Shown here: positions 1 through 9,282 of the stretch, piece after piece
Position numbering within the stretch: the first letter of the stretch is position 1
Layout of the letters: each line of letters begins with the position of its first letter
From: an uncultured virus (IMG/VR IMGVR_UViG_3300042141_000203)
Taxonomy: Duplodnaviria > Heunggongvirae > Uroviricota > Caudoviricetes
Length of the DNA stretch: 64,000 nucleotides
Strand: one strand, 5' to 3'
IMG/VR virus record: IMGVR_UViG_3300042141_000203
The notes under the pieces: model-generated
Database searches by the model: none
What the model was told of the DNA's origin: nothing
Seen by the model: the letters and a program-made list of their open reading frames with translations, nothing else
Position numbers and translations under genes: made by a program

Positions 1-2
1 TG

Positions 3-1061
3 TTCGACGTCGGCCCGGTCCTGCGGCCGGCCTACCCAGCGACCGAGACGTTCGTCAGCCGCCGGGCGCTGGAGATGGCGAAGCGTGCCATGTACGCCGC
101 TGGCGACTTCGTGGCCTGGGACGGCGGTGTCGGCCGCATCGAGTACGTCATGGCCGAGGGCACGATTGGCGACTATTCGGAGGAGCCGATCGAGGCCACG
201 CCTGACGATCCGGCCGCCCTGGTGCGGAAGTACGACTTCGAGGACGGCGTCTGGGAGGAGTCGGACTACTTCGTTGCCAAGAAGATGAGCGAACTGGTTT
301 CGGCCAGCAACATCATGGGCGAGGCCCCGGCGTTCATCGACCAGCGGGCCGTCGGCCTCAAGCCCACAGCGGGCATGGCCGCAGCCGCCAAGCGCGGCCT
401 GCGGCTGCACGAGGAAGGCAAGTCCGGGGACGGCCTGAAGCCGGAGACCGTGGCCCGCGCCAACAAGATCGCCCGCCGCGAGGAACTGACCGAAGACCAT
501 GTCCGCGAGATGAACGCGTGGTTCGCACGTCACGAGTCGGCGAGCAAGTCGCCCGGCTGGGACAAGGCCGGCGAGGAGAAGCCCGGGTTCGTGGCGTGGC
601 TGCTGTGGGGCGGCACGCCGGCGAAGAACTGGGCGTCTCGCAAGGTGGCGGCCATGGAGTCGGCCGGCCGCGCCGAGCCGCAGGCTGACGTCGAGGTCCG
701 CGCCGAGGAAGATCCGATGGAGACCCTGTCTCCGGCCAACTTCGCGCTCTACGAGGCCATCGAGCAGATTGCCGTCGAGAACGGCCCGTGGCCGCAGGAA
801 GGACCCGACGGCGCCCACTACATGACCGAGAATCCGTTCGCCGAGCGCGGCATGAAGTGCCAGAACTGCATCTTCTGGAACGAGGGCGGCTCGTGCGACG
901 TCGTTGACGGGCAGATCGACCCCAACGCCGTCTGCAAACTCTGGGTCATCCCCGAGGAGCGGCTCGCGCAGCCTGCGAAGCGCAGCGTGGATCCGGCGGC
1001 AGAGGCGGCCCGCCTCAAGGCCAAGGCACTGGAGACGGCCGCGCATGGACGTCCTCGCTGA
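3..1061 (+). CDS. HK97-family prohead protease (5' truncated) with long multidomain C-terminal extension
   Basis: Frame open from nt 3 reads FDVGPVLRPAYPATET (protease C-terminal motif) and continues in frame into the 75..1061 ORF; extension ends in a CxxC...C...C HiPIP-like domain. Confidence 0.8.
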   Translation, partial: FDVGPVLRPAYPATETFVSRRALEMAKRAMYAAGDFVAWDGGVGRIEYVMAEGTIGDYSEEPIEATPDDPAALVRKYDFEDGVWEESDYFVAKKMSELVSASNIMGEAPAFIDQRAVGLKPTAGMAAAAKRGLRLHEEGKSGDGLKPETVARANKIARREELTEDHVREMNAWFARHESASKSPGWDKAGEEKPGFVAWLLWGGTPAKNWASRKVAAMESAGRAEPQADVEVRAEEDPMETLSPANFALYEAIEQIAVENGPWPQEGPDGAHYMTENPFAERGMKCQNCIFWNEGGSCDVVDGQIDPNAVCKLWVIPEERLAQPAKRSVDPAAEAARLKAKALETAAHGRPR

Positions 1062-2598
1062 ACTGCGGGCCGCCCTGGAGCGGCTTGCGGAGTTTCGCCG
1101 CCGCGGCGGCGGCCCTCGCAAGCAGAAGAAGGTCAAGGCTGCCAATCGCCGGCCCGCCAAGATGGGCGCGTCGGCTGGCTGCGGCACAGGAGCCGGCGGC
1201 TTCAAGGCCGGCAACAACTGCGCCACCGAGGACGGCATTCCGCAGAAGCCGCTCTCGCAGGGTGGCGCGCTGAAGCAGGGCAACGCCAAGGACGACTTGG
1301 CCCGCGCCAAGGCGATGCGCGAGAAGGCCGCCGCCAAGAAGGCCAGGAAGGAAGCGGCCGACAGGGCCAAGTCAGAGGCCGCGCGGCCGCAGCGCGAGGC
1401 CAAAGCCAAGGGCAAAAAGATCGAGTACCTGCGGCGCAAGGCTGCCGAGCGCAAAGCCCAGAAGGGCGAACGTGACGCCGCCGAGAAGCAGGCCGCCGCA
1501 GAGGCCGCCGCCAAGAAGCGCGCCGCCATGCTGCAGAAGATCCGCGTCAAGAAGGCGAACGAGCGACTCGCGGTCGTCGACAAGCCTCCGTCGGTGTTTT
1601 CTGGAAGGGGCGACGAGTCTGCGGTTCAGAAGCAGGGAGAACTCAAGACCGAGTTTCTCAAGCGCAAATACCAGAAAGACCTCGACACCTACCACTCCGA
1701 GGCCGCAAAGATCGAGGCCCGGTACGAAAAGCAACTTTCTGAAGCGAAGAAAGATCAAGACGACGCGTATGCGGCGTACAGAACGAATGGGTCAAGCGCA
1801 ATGCTTGACAAATACAACTCTGCGCAAAAGCGTCTTGAGGAACTGAAAGGCCAGCGGGACAGCGAACTGCATGACTTGGTTGGCGAGTTCACGCTCGCGC
1901 ACGCTGGCGCGCTTGCTAGAACCGATTCTCTTGCGTCGTCCGCAAGTGTCTTTGTTCAAAGCGCCGTCGCCACATCTAGGCAGGGTGCCGAGATTGCGAA
2001 AAAGGAGATAGCGAGGGCCTGGAATTGGCTGTCGCGTGTTGCCGCCAAGAAGCACGAAGAAAGGATTCTTGGCGCCACAATCCGGTTGCGACCCGGCGGC
2101 GGCGGATCGCACCAAGCGATGAACGGGAAAAACGACATCACGATTGGCGTTGATGATTCAGGCGACGGAATAAGAAAAACAACTGCCCACGAGTATGGCC
2201 ACGCCATCGAGACGGCAAACAAAGACACGCTTCGAGCGCTGACGGAGGACTACAGGGCAAGGGCGGCTGACTTTTTGGCTTCAAACGCAGGCGCCAAATA
2301 CAAAGCGCTAAGGGACGCCCCGAACTATGACGCAATCCACAAGGCCGGAGAGAAGGTAGACGACTACAACATTTATGCCCCGAGTTACCTTGGGTACGCA
2401 CGAAGATACTCTGACGCCGGATTCAAAGAGTCGATGGTGAGAGACTACGCAAATCACCCGGATGCAGCGCGCGTTGACAAGGGGACTGAAGTATTCTCAA
2501 CTGGAATTGAGTCGGTGTACCACGAGCCGTCGGCATTTCGCAATCGGGCGAGGCACGGCTTTGACATCTCACTCCTCGTCTTGGCTGGGCTGCTATGA
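1045..2598 (+). CDS. Head-region protein with C-terminal zincin (HExxH) metallopeptidase domain; polymorphic-toxin-like
   Basis: ATG 1045; basic N-terminus, CGTGAGGFKAGNNC motif, coiled coil, TTAHEYGHAIE and downstream TEVFSTGIE. Confidence 0.65.
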   Translation: MDVLAELRAALERLAEFRRRGGGPRKQKKVKAANRRPAKMGASAGCGTGAGGFKAGNNCATEDGIPQKPLSQGGALKQGNAKDDLARAKAMREKAAAKKARKEAADRAKSEAARPQREAKAKGKKIEYLRRKAAERKAQKGERDAAEKQAAAEAAAKKRAAMLQKIRVKKANERLAVVDKPPSVFSGRGDESAVQKQGELKTEFLKRKYQKDLDTYHSEAAKIEARYEKQLSEAKKDQDDAYAAYRTNGSSAMLDKYNSAQKRLEELKGQRDSELHDLVGEFTLAHAGALARTDSLASSASVFVQSAVATSRQGAEIAKKEIARAWNWLSRVAAKKHEERILGATIRLRPGGGGSHQAMNGKNDITIGVDDSGDGIRKTTAHEYGHAIETANKDTLRALTEDYRARAADFLASNAGAKYKALRDAPNYDAIHKAGEKVDDYNIYAPSYLGYARRYSDAGFKESMVRDYANHPDAARVDKGTEVFSTGIESVYHEPSAFRNRARHGFDISLLVLAGLL

Positions 2599-2894
2599 AG
2601 CGAACCACCCTCTCCGGAAGCGGCTGGACTATCTACGTCGACGATGAGGCCGGCGTGTGGCGAGGCGAAGGAGCCGGCGTGGACGTTCCGCTCACAATGC
2701 TGCTCGGCCACTTCTCGCCGGAAAGCATCAGCGGCTACGCCGACTCGTCGACGTATCTCGGCCGGCGATACGGGATGCTTTATCCGGATGCGGCAGAGTT
2801 TTTGAGGAAGTGGGGCATCGCGTGCGACATCGAGAATCTTCAGCCCATTATTCACGAAGCGATGGAGCCGCCTGACATCGGCCCCGCCGACTGA
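2595..2894 (+). CDS. Small acidic protein, possible immunity/inhibitor partner
   Basis: 99 aa, ATGA overlap with upstream HExxH gene. Confidence 0.5.
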   Translation: MKRTTLSGSGWTIYVDDEAGVWRGEGAGVDVPLTMLLGHFSPESISGYADSSTYLGRRYGMLYPDAAEFLRKWGIACDIENLQPIIHEAMEPPDIGPAD

Positions 2895-2895
2895 C

Positions 2896-2925
2896 TTGCA
2901 CGCCTACGGCGTCATTGTGTAGGCT
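2896..2925 (+). promoter_or_regulatory. Putative sigma70-type promoter for capsid operon
   Basis: TTGCAC-18 bp-TAGGCT with TGTG just upstream of the -10. Confidence 0.45.
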
Positions 2926-3068
2926 ACAGAGAGACATAACCGCTCCGCGATGGATTTCGCGGAGAGCAGTGCGAGCGACTTGAGGATTCTTGTCGCGGCG
3001 TGCTTGCGGGATACCCCGCCAGCCGCCGCTTTTGCGTTTGGCTGGCTCAAAAAAGGAGCAACAGCCAA

Positions 3069-4412
3069 ATGGCTTCCAACCTCAAGCGTCTTCAGGACCG
3101 TGCCGCGGCCATCGCCGCCCGCCTCAACGAACTCGCCGACTGCGAGGAGCGTTCCGAGGAGCAGACCGTCGAACTCCGTCGCCTGACGGAGGAGGCCGAC
3201 AAGGTCAAGTCGGACCTGGAGTTCGAGCAGAAGTTGGCCGCCAAGGAGGCGGAACTGCGTTCGGTCGTCGAGCGGGCCGCCCCCGCCCCGGCGCCCGCGG
3301 CCGCCCCGGCCGAGGAGCCGAAGAAGGTCGAGATCCGGGCCATCAACCCGCATCACACGAGCCTGCGGGCCTTCAATGACGGCCCCGACGCCGTCGAGAG
3401 CGCCTACCGCTGCGGCCGCTGGCTGCGGGCGACGGTGTTCCGCAACCAGGAAGACCTGCGGTGGTGCCGCGACCACGGCGTCGAGAGCCGCGCCCTGAAC
3501 GAGGGCAGCAATTCGGCCGGCGGCGCGCTGGTTCCCGAAGAGTTCGCCAACCGCGTCATCCGGCTCGTCGAGACCTACGGCACCTTCCCCGGTGCCGCCG
3601 AGAACGTCTCGATGAACCGCGACACGATGGTGGTGCCTAAGCGGCTGACGGGCACGACGGCCTACTTCATCGGTGAGGGGTCGAGCATCAGCGAGAGCGA
3701 GCCGACCTACGGCAACGTGTCTCTCGTCGCCAAGAAGTTGGGCGTGTCCTGCCGCATGTCGACGGAGGTCGTCGAGGACGCCCTGGTGTCGCTGGCCGAC
3801 AGCGTGGCCGCAGAGTTCGCGACCTCGCTGGCCTACAAGATCGACACCTGCGGCTGGCTTGGTGACGGCACCAGCACCTACGGCGGCATCAACGGCATCG
3901 TGAACAAGATCAACGACGGCACGCACACTGCCAGCGTTGTGACGGCCGCCTCCGGCAACACGGGCTTCGAGACCCTCGACATCGAGGACTTCCTCGGCGT
4001 CATCGGCAAGTTGCCGCTCTACGCCCGCCAGGGCGCTGCGTGGTACGTCTCGCCGGCCGGCTACGCCGCGTCGATCAGCCGCCTGAAGTACGCGGCCGGT
4101 GGCAACACGGCTGGCGACCTCGGTGCCGGCGCGACCGACAGTTGGCTCGGCTACCCCGTGCGGCTGGTTCATGTGATGAACAGCACGCTCGGTGCCGACG
4201 CCAGCAAGGTGAAGGTGCTGTTCGGCAACATGGGCCTGTCCAGCATCTACGCCCGGCGTCGTGACTTCTCGGTGCGGCTGTTCGATCAGGTGTACGCCAC
4301 CACGGATCAACTGCTGCTCCAGGGGACCATGCGGTTCGACATCAACCACCACAGCCTCGGCAGCACTTCGGAGGTCGGCCCGGTCGTCGCCCTCAAGTCT
4401 GCCGCGTCGTGA
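3069..4412 (+). CDS. Major capsid protein, HK97 fold
   Basis: AAGGAG RBS, coiled-coil delta domain, GGALVPEEF and downstream HK97 capsid motifs. Confidence 0.95.
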   Translation: MASNLKRLQDRAAAIAARLNELADCEERSEEQTVELRRLTEEADKVKSDLEFEQKLAAKEAELRSVVERAAPAPAPAAAPAEEPKKVEIRAINPHHTSLRAFNDGPDAVESAYRCGRWLRATVFRNQEDLRWCRDHGVESRALNEGSNSAGGALVPEEFANRVIRLVETYGTFPGAAENVSMNRDTMVVPKRLTGTTAYFIGEGSSISESEPTYGNVSLVAKKLGVSCRMSTEVVEDALVSLADSVAAEFATSLAYKIDTCGWLGDGTSTYGGINGIVNKINDGTHTASVVTAASGNTGFETLDIEDFLGVIGKLPLYARQGAAWYVSPAGYAASISRLKYAAGGNTAGDLGAGATDSWLGYPVRLVHVMNSTLGADASKVKVLFGNMGLSSIYARRRDFSVRLFDQVYATTDQLLLQGTMRFDINHHSLGSTSEVGPVVALKSAAS

Positions 4413-4430
4413 TAAAGGAGCCAAAAGCAA

Positions 4431-4874
4431 ATGATTCACGCCCAGAACCATAAGGTCGTCGCCGAACTGCCCACCGCGGCCGTTGGCGCCACCGCGACCG
4501 CCACGCTGACGATCGACACCCTCGGGTACGACCACGCCAGCGTGACCGTCCTGCGGGCCAGCAACGCCAGCACGGTGTTCGCAAACGTCGTGAAGGTCGA
4601 GGAGTCGGACGACAACTCGTCCTACTCGAACGTCACGGCTCTTGTCGGCGGCGGCACTGGCGGCTTCAGCATCCCTGCCGTGAGCGCGGCTGGGACGGCT
4701 TCGGCTGCGATCCTGAAGTTGGACATCGACACGAAGGCGAAGAAGCGCTACCTCAAGGTGTCCTACACCCCGGGTGCGTCCGCCACCGTGGCGATCGTCG
4801 GCCGGCTGGGCCGCGCCGAGGAGTCGCCCGTGTCGAACTCCGACGCTGGTGTCATCGGCCGGGTCATTGGCTAG
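4431..4874 (+). CDS. Putative capsid decoration/cement protein
   Basis: Immediately after capsid gene, strong RBS, beta-rich, KKRYLKV motif. Confidence 0.55.
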   Translation: MIHAQNHKVVAELPTAAVGATATATLTIDTLGYDHASVTVLRASNASTVFANVVKVEESDDNSSYSNVTALVGGGTGGFSIPAVSAAGTASAAILKLDIDTKAKKRYLKVSYTPGASATVAIVGRLGRAEESPVSNSDAGVIGRVIG

Positions 4875-4950
4875 TCCCGTACAAGCGGGACGGCCATGAC
4901 GGCCGACAAAGGCGCAAGGATGCGCGCCCGCTCCTCACAAGGAGCGAACC

Positions 4951-5679
4951 ATGCTGCTGCGTGTCGGTAACTGTGAAGCCGAGGTGAAGGTAGCCGCTCT
5001 CATGAGCGTCCCTCGCCTCGGCTTCACTGATAATTTCTTCTGCATCTCACAAGCGCTGGCTCCGCACGGCATCGCCCCGATCAAGCACACGGGCGTGTTT
5101 TGGGGGCAGTGCGTGCAGCGGTGCCTTGAGCAAGTTATCGACACGCACGACGTCGTCCTGACGATCGACTACGACACGATCTTCACCGCGAAGACGGTCG
5201 AGGCGTTGCTGGCGCTGCTGATGCACTCTGGATTCGACGCGATCGCCCCGCTTCAGACCAAGCGGGAAGCCAACACGGTCATGTTCGCCCTGCCAGGAAT
5301 TACGCCAGACGAGAAGACGACCGTCGAGAACGACTGGTTCTCGAAGCCCGTGCAGTTGGCAGAGACTGCCCACTTTGGCTGCACGTTCATTCGCACGGCC
5401 GCCATCAAGAAGATGGCGAAACCGTGGTTCCTGCACGAGGCCAACGCCGAAGGCACGTTCACGGGCGGGCATGTGGACGAGGACATTTACTTCTGGAAGA
5501 AGTTCTCGGCCAGCGGCAACCGGCTTGGGATCGCCACGCACGTTAGCGTCGGCCACGCCGAACTGATGATCACATGGCCGTCCCGGAGCGCCGAGGGCGG
5601 AAAGGTGCAGCAGCACACGACGGAGTTCTGGAGCAACGGCAAGGCGCCGCCGGAGAGTGCCTGGGGGTTCATCGCATGA
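4951..5679 (+). CDS. GT-A fold (GT2-like) glycosyltransferase
   Basis: TIDYD (DxD), HFGCTFIR, DEDIYFW and VSVGH motifs. Confidence 0.7.
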   Translation: MLLRVGNCEAEVKVAALMSVPRLGFTDNFFCISQALAPHGIAPIKHTGVFWGQCVQRCLEQVIDTHDVVLTIDYDTIFTAKTVEALLALLMHSGFDAIAPLQTKREANTVMFALPGITPDEKTTVENDWFSKPVQLAETAHFGCTFIRTAAIKKMAKPWFLHEANAEGTFTGGHVDEDIYFWKKFSASGNRLGIATHVSVGHAELMITWPSRSAEGGKVQQHTTEFWSNGKAPPESAWGFIA

Positions 5680-5870
5680 AAGTCAGGGTCGTGAAGCCGT
5701 TCGGCGGCTACAAGGCGGGGCGCGAGTTTGATTGGGGCGACGGCATGGCCCGCGTTCTGATCGCGAGAGGGCTTGTCGAGAAGGTTGAGGACAGGGACCA
5801 GGAAACGGCGGCCGTCGAGGTCAGGGTCGAGCGCGCCGTGCAGCCGCAAGGAAAGAAGAGGAACAAGTGA
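5676..5870 (+). CDS. Small ribosomal-L9-N-terminal-like phage protein
   Basis: MKVRVVKPFGGYKAG...ARVLIARGLVE pattern; ATGA overlap. Confidence 0.5.
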   Translation: MKVRVVKPFGGYKAGREFDWGDGMARVLIARGLVEKVEDRDQETAAVEVRVERAVQPQGKKRNK

Positions 5871-6511
5871 CTGTCACCATCCGCTACGGGTCGCCGCAGC
5901 AGCCGGACTCCGGAATCACGCCGTACCGCAGCCTCCGCAGACACACGGCCCCGGCCGTCGAGCCGGTCACGCTTGCAGAAGCCAAAGTGCAGTGCCGCGT
6001 CGATACGAGCGACGATGACGCCTACATCTCCACCCTGATCTCCACGGCTAGAGAGTACGTCGAGGACGTCCTCGACATCTCCATGATTTCGACTGTCTGG
6101 GAGGCCCGCTACGACACGTTCCCGCTGTGGGAAATCATCCTGCCGCGGCCGCCGATGCAGAACCAGACGGTCACGATCGTCTACCGCGACGAGGGCGGAA
6201 CGAACCAGACGCTCACGAGTGCCACCGGAGCGTTCCAGATTGACTTCTACGTCACGCCTGGGCGGGCATTCCCTGTGTACGGCGGCGTGTGGCCGGCCGC
6301 TCGCGGCGACGAAAACAGCGTCACCGTGAGTTGGACCGCCGGCTACGGCGCCTCCGGCGCGTCCGTCCCGGGCGTTCTCAAGCATCTGATTCTGCTGCTT
6401 GTGGCCCACTGGTACGAGGCTCGCCAGCCCGTCGTGCAGGGGATGCAGATGCCGATTCCGGCGACCTTCGAGACGCTGCTGGCGGTGTCAGGCTGGGGCG
6501 GATACCGATGA
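5867..6511 (+). CDS. Head-tail connector (gp6-like)
   Basis: PAVEPVTLAEAKVQCRVD and LLLVAHWYEAR motifs. Confidence 0.9.
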   Translation: MTVTIRYGSPQQPDSGITPYRSLRRHTAPAVEPVTLAEAKVQCRVDTSDDDAYISTLISTAREYVEDVLDISMISTVWEARYDTFPLWEIILPRPPMQNQTVTIVYRDEGGTNQTLTSATGAFQIDFYVTPGRAFPVYGGVWPAARGDENSVTVSWTAGYGASGASVPGVLKHLILLLVAHWYEARQPVVQGMQMPIPATFETLLAVSGWGGYR

Positions 6512-6993
6512 CGCTGATCGCAAAAGCCACGGCAAGCATCACGGCCCGATCGACGTCGTCGGCGGGGCTGACGCAATCGCTCACCGAAAGTCCGCTTTCG
6601 TTCTCGTTCGACGTAGGCGACTGCACGACGGTATGGAGCGACCGCCGGACGTTCTCCGGAGGGTATGACGAAATCGACTTTGCCGCAGTCGGCATCTCGA
6701 CCGTGAAACTCCTGTGCATCAAGAACCTGTCGGCCACCCACCAGATCGCCCTGTCTGCCGGCTGGACTGGCAGCCAGTTCAGCCTGTTTCGCCAGGACGT
6801 CTCGTCGTGGAACTTCAGTCCGATGATCAACCTCGGATCGCTGACGCTTCGTGGCTACCCGATCCGCGAGGGCGGCGCGATGCTGCTCTGCTGCCCGAAC
6901 TCGATCGGATTCGGCACGACGGTCGGCGGCAGCATCCTCCGCATCGGCGGCACTGCCGGGCAGCAGTACGAAATCTACGTCATGGGGACCTGA
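6508..6993 (+). CDS. Hypothetical virion protein
   Basis: ATGA overlap; beta-rich; resembles 6997..7449. Confidence 0.6.
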   Translation: MTLIAKATASITARSTSSAGLTQSLTESPLSFSFDVGDCTTVWSDRRTFSGGYDEIDFAAVGISTVKLLCIKNLSATHQIALSAGWTGSQFSLFRQDVSSWNFSPMINLGSLTLRGYPIREGGAMLLCCPNSIGFGTTVGGSILRIGGTAGQQYEIYVMGT

Positions 6994-6996
6994 CAG

Positions 6997-7449
6997 ATGG
7001 CATTCTCTTCGCAGATCGTCCTTTCGCTTGTCGCCCACGAGTCGTCTGCCGGTGACATTTCCCGCACGCTGCGGACGACGCCTGTTTCCTATGCGCTGTC
7101 CATCGGAGATGGCGCTGGGGCCGGGCAGGCGCAGGTCGCCTGGAGCGGCACAAAGACTCTTGCCGCCGCCTCCGAAGTCCTCAATCTCGCCTCCCTGCCT
7201 GACACAAGGGACGGATCGCCGGCCACGGTGACCATCACGGCGGTCAAGGGTTGGTATGTCCGGAACTCCGGCACGGCGACCCTGACGTTCTCTGGCTCGC
7301 CGTTCTCCGGCCAGACGGTCGCCCCAGGTGCCGCGGCCGCGCAGTTCGACCCTTCAGCCGCCGGAATGGCGGCCTCCGGAGTCACGGTCACTGGATCCGC
7401 AGGCGCGTCCTACGACATCGTCCTCATCGGCGAGGGCACGGTGGCATGA
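6997..7449 (+). CDS. Hypothetical virion protein (similar to 38064..38573)
   Basis: GDGAGAGQAQVAW vs ANGTGAGQANVAW in segment B. Confidence 0.65.
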   Translation: MAFSSQIVLSLVAHESSAGDISRTLRTTPVSYALSIGDGAGAGQAQVAWSGTKTLAAASEVLNLASLPDTRDGSPATVTITAVKGWYVRNSGTATLTFSGSPFSGQTVAPGAAAAQFDPSAAGMAASGVTVTGSAGASYDIVLIGEGTVA

Positions 7450-7760
7450 TCATCGGCAAGATGCGGGAGCGCGTGACGATTCAGTCGCCGTCGGAAAGCC
7501 GGACGACGACCGGAGACACGACCCTGTCGTGGGCCAACGTCGCGACGGTCTGGGCCAGCGCAGACGGCCTATCGACGCGGGACATCCTGCAGGCCCAGCA
7601 GGCCAACCTGATCGCCACGCACCGCTTTCGCATCCGCTACCGCCCCAGCGTCACCCACACCCAGCGGCTGATTTGGCGTGGGCGCACAATGGAGATAGCC
7701 AGCGTTGTCGAGCGGGACAACCGCACGGCCCTGGAAATCCTTGCCCGAGAGGTGCAGTGA
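7446..7760 (+). CDS. Head closure / head-tail adaptor (SPP1 gp16-like)
   Basis: IGKMRERVTIQ...W.NVATVWA...THRFRIRY. Confidence 0.9.
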   Translation: MIIGKMRERVTIQSPSESRTTTGDTTLSWANVATVWASADGLSTRDILQAQQANLIATHRFRIRYRPSVTHTQRLIWRGRTMEIASVVERDNRTALEILAREVQ

Positions 7761-8479
7761 TGGCTGTAGACAACTTTGGGCGCGCGCAGGCGTTTATCCG
7801 CATTGGCGTCGAGGGCGTCCGGCCGGTGCTGGACACGCTCGAAAATATCGCCGGAGTGCTGTCGGCCGGCGAGGAACTGGAGAAGATCCTGCGCCGGGCC
7901 GCGAGGCCGATCCGGGACACCTACCGGGCGGCCGCCCTGCGGCACGACGCCACTGGCAACCTCGCCAAAAGCACGACCATCAAGACAAAGACGTATCGGC
8001 CGGGCGTGTCCGTGGCGATCGCCGGCCCGCGGCACACCGGCAGCGTGGGGGCCACTGGTCAGCAGGCCAGCGGCAATCACAGTTGGCTGGTCGAGTTCGG
8101 GTCGAACGGCCGCCGCAGGCCGTCCACCCGCGGCACCAGAAAGACGTACATCAACGTCCACCAGTCCATCAATATGCGGATGACCAAGGTCGCAAAACTA
8201 GAGGATAGCGACAAGTTTGCTGCCCGGTCCCGCGGCTACTACTTCCTCATGTCTTCGTGGCGGGAGCCGACGCGGCAGGCGCGGGCCGGCAGGGGGTATA
8301 CGCACGACTTCCTGCCAGACGGCGGCGTCTTCACGCTTCATCCCGGCGAGGACTACGGAGAGATGCCCGGATACCACTTGATGGAAAATACGATCACGGC
8401 CCGCCGCTCCCAGGCCCAGGCCATCATTCGCAACGGCCTGATCGAGGCCATCAATAGCGCCGTCGCGGGGGCCTTGTAA
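7760..8479 (+). CDS. HK97 gp10-like neck protein
   Basis: Position; TGNLAKS, HSWLVEFG motifs. Confidence 0.7.
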   Translation: MAVDNFGRAQAFIRIGVEGVRPVLDTLENIAGVLSAGEELEKILRRAARPIRDTYRAAALRHDATGNLAKSTTIKTKTYRPGVSVAIAGPRHTGSVGATGQQASGNHSWLVEFGSNGRRRPSTRGTRKTYINVHQSINMRMTKVAKLEDSDKFAARSRGYYFLMSSWREPTRQARAGRGYTHDFLPDGGVFTLHPGEDYGEMPGYHLMENTITARRSQAQAIIRNGLIEAINSAVAGAL

Positions 8480-8907
8480 TGCTTTTGCTCCCAGAGCAGC
8501 ACATCTACATGAAACTCGTCTCGTCCCCGGCAGTGGCCCGGCTGGTTGGGTTTCAGGTCTACCCGATCGCCGTCCCCAAGGGGGCGTCGATGCCGTTCAT
8601 CATCTACAAGCGGGCCAACGTGCGCCGCGAGGGCACCCTCACCAACACCCCGTTGTTCATGCCAGAGGCATCGCTCCAGGTGGCCTCCTGGGCGCTGACC
8701 TACGAAGGCGCCAAGGCTCTGTCAGACGAGGTGCGGCTGGCCCTGGATTGCCACACCGGGACGCTGTCCGGGGTTACAATACATGATATGAGGCTAGTCT
8801 CCGAAGTGGACGACTTCCTCGACCCCACGGCGGTTGGGGCACAACTGCCGCCGGCATACGAAGTCAGACAACTTTTTCAGGTTCGCTGGTCAGAGGCGAC
8901 CGGCTAA
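8479..8907 (+). CDS. Tail terminator/completion protein (DUF3168-like)
   Basis: VYPIAVPKGASMPFIIYKR...LQVASWA..YEGAKAL..EVRLALD. Confidence 0.8.
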   Translation: MLLLPEQHIYMKLVSSPAVARLVGFQVYPIAVPKGASMPFIIYKRANVRREGTLTNTPLFMPEASLQVASWALTYEGAKALSDEVRLALDCHTGTLSGVTIHDMRLVSEVDDFLDPTAVGAQLPPAYEVRQLFQVRWSEATG

Positions 8908-8934
8908 CACAATCGCGCAAGGAGGCGCACCAGA

Positions 8935-9267
8935 ATGTCAACGTCGGCACAGGGACTTACGTTCACGTTTGGCGGTACGACTATCACCGTCACTTCGGTG
9001 CAGGTCAATGACACGCAGGACCTCCTCGACGCGACCCACCTCGGCGTTGCCCCGAACGCTCGCCGGATCTTCGTCGGCGGCTTCGCCACCGACCGCGAGG
9101 TGCAGATCGACTACTACAACAGCACGATTCTCACCGCTGGCCTGTCCGGCGCCCTGTCCATCACCGGCCCTTTGTCCTTCAGCGGCAACGCGACGATCTC
9201 CAGCGCGTCCCTTGGCGGCTCGGTCGGCGACTTCGTGCGAGGTTCTGCGACCTTCCGGCTCGCCTGA
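8935..9267 (+). CDS. Putative minimal tail tube protein 1
   Basis: Position after terminator, AAGGAGG RBS, DATHL motif, ends GSATFRL. Confidence 0.65.
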   Translation: MSTSAQGLTFTFGGTTITVTSVQVNDTQDLLDATHLGVAPNARRIFVGGFATDREVQIDYYNSTILTAGLSGALSITGPLSFSGNATISSASLGGSVGDFVRGSATFRLA

Positions 9268-9282
9268 CGACCGGAGGGTCCG

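Noticed and set aside
2904..4535. Long antisense ORFs (also 39380..40720, 61644..62777, 62666..63775 and others)
   Set aside because: Shadow frames of GC3-rich real genes with no motifs or RBS.
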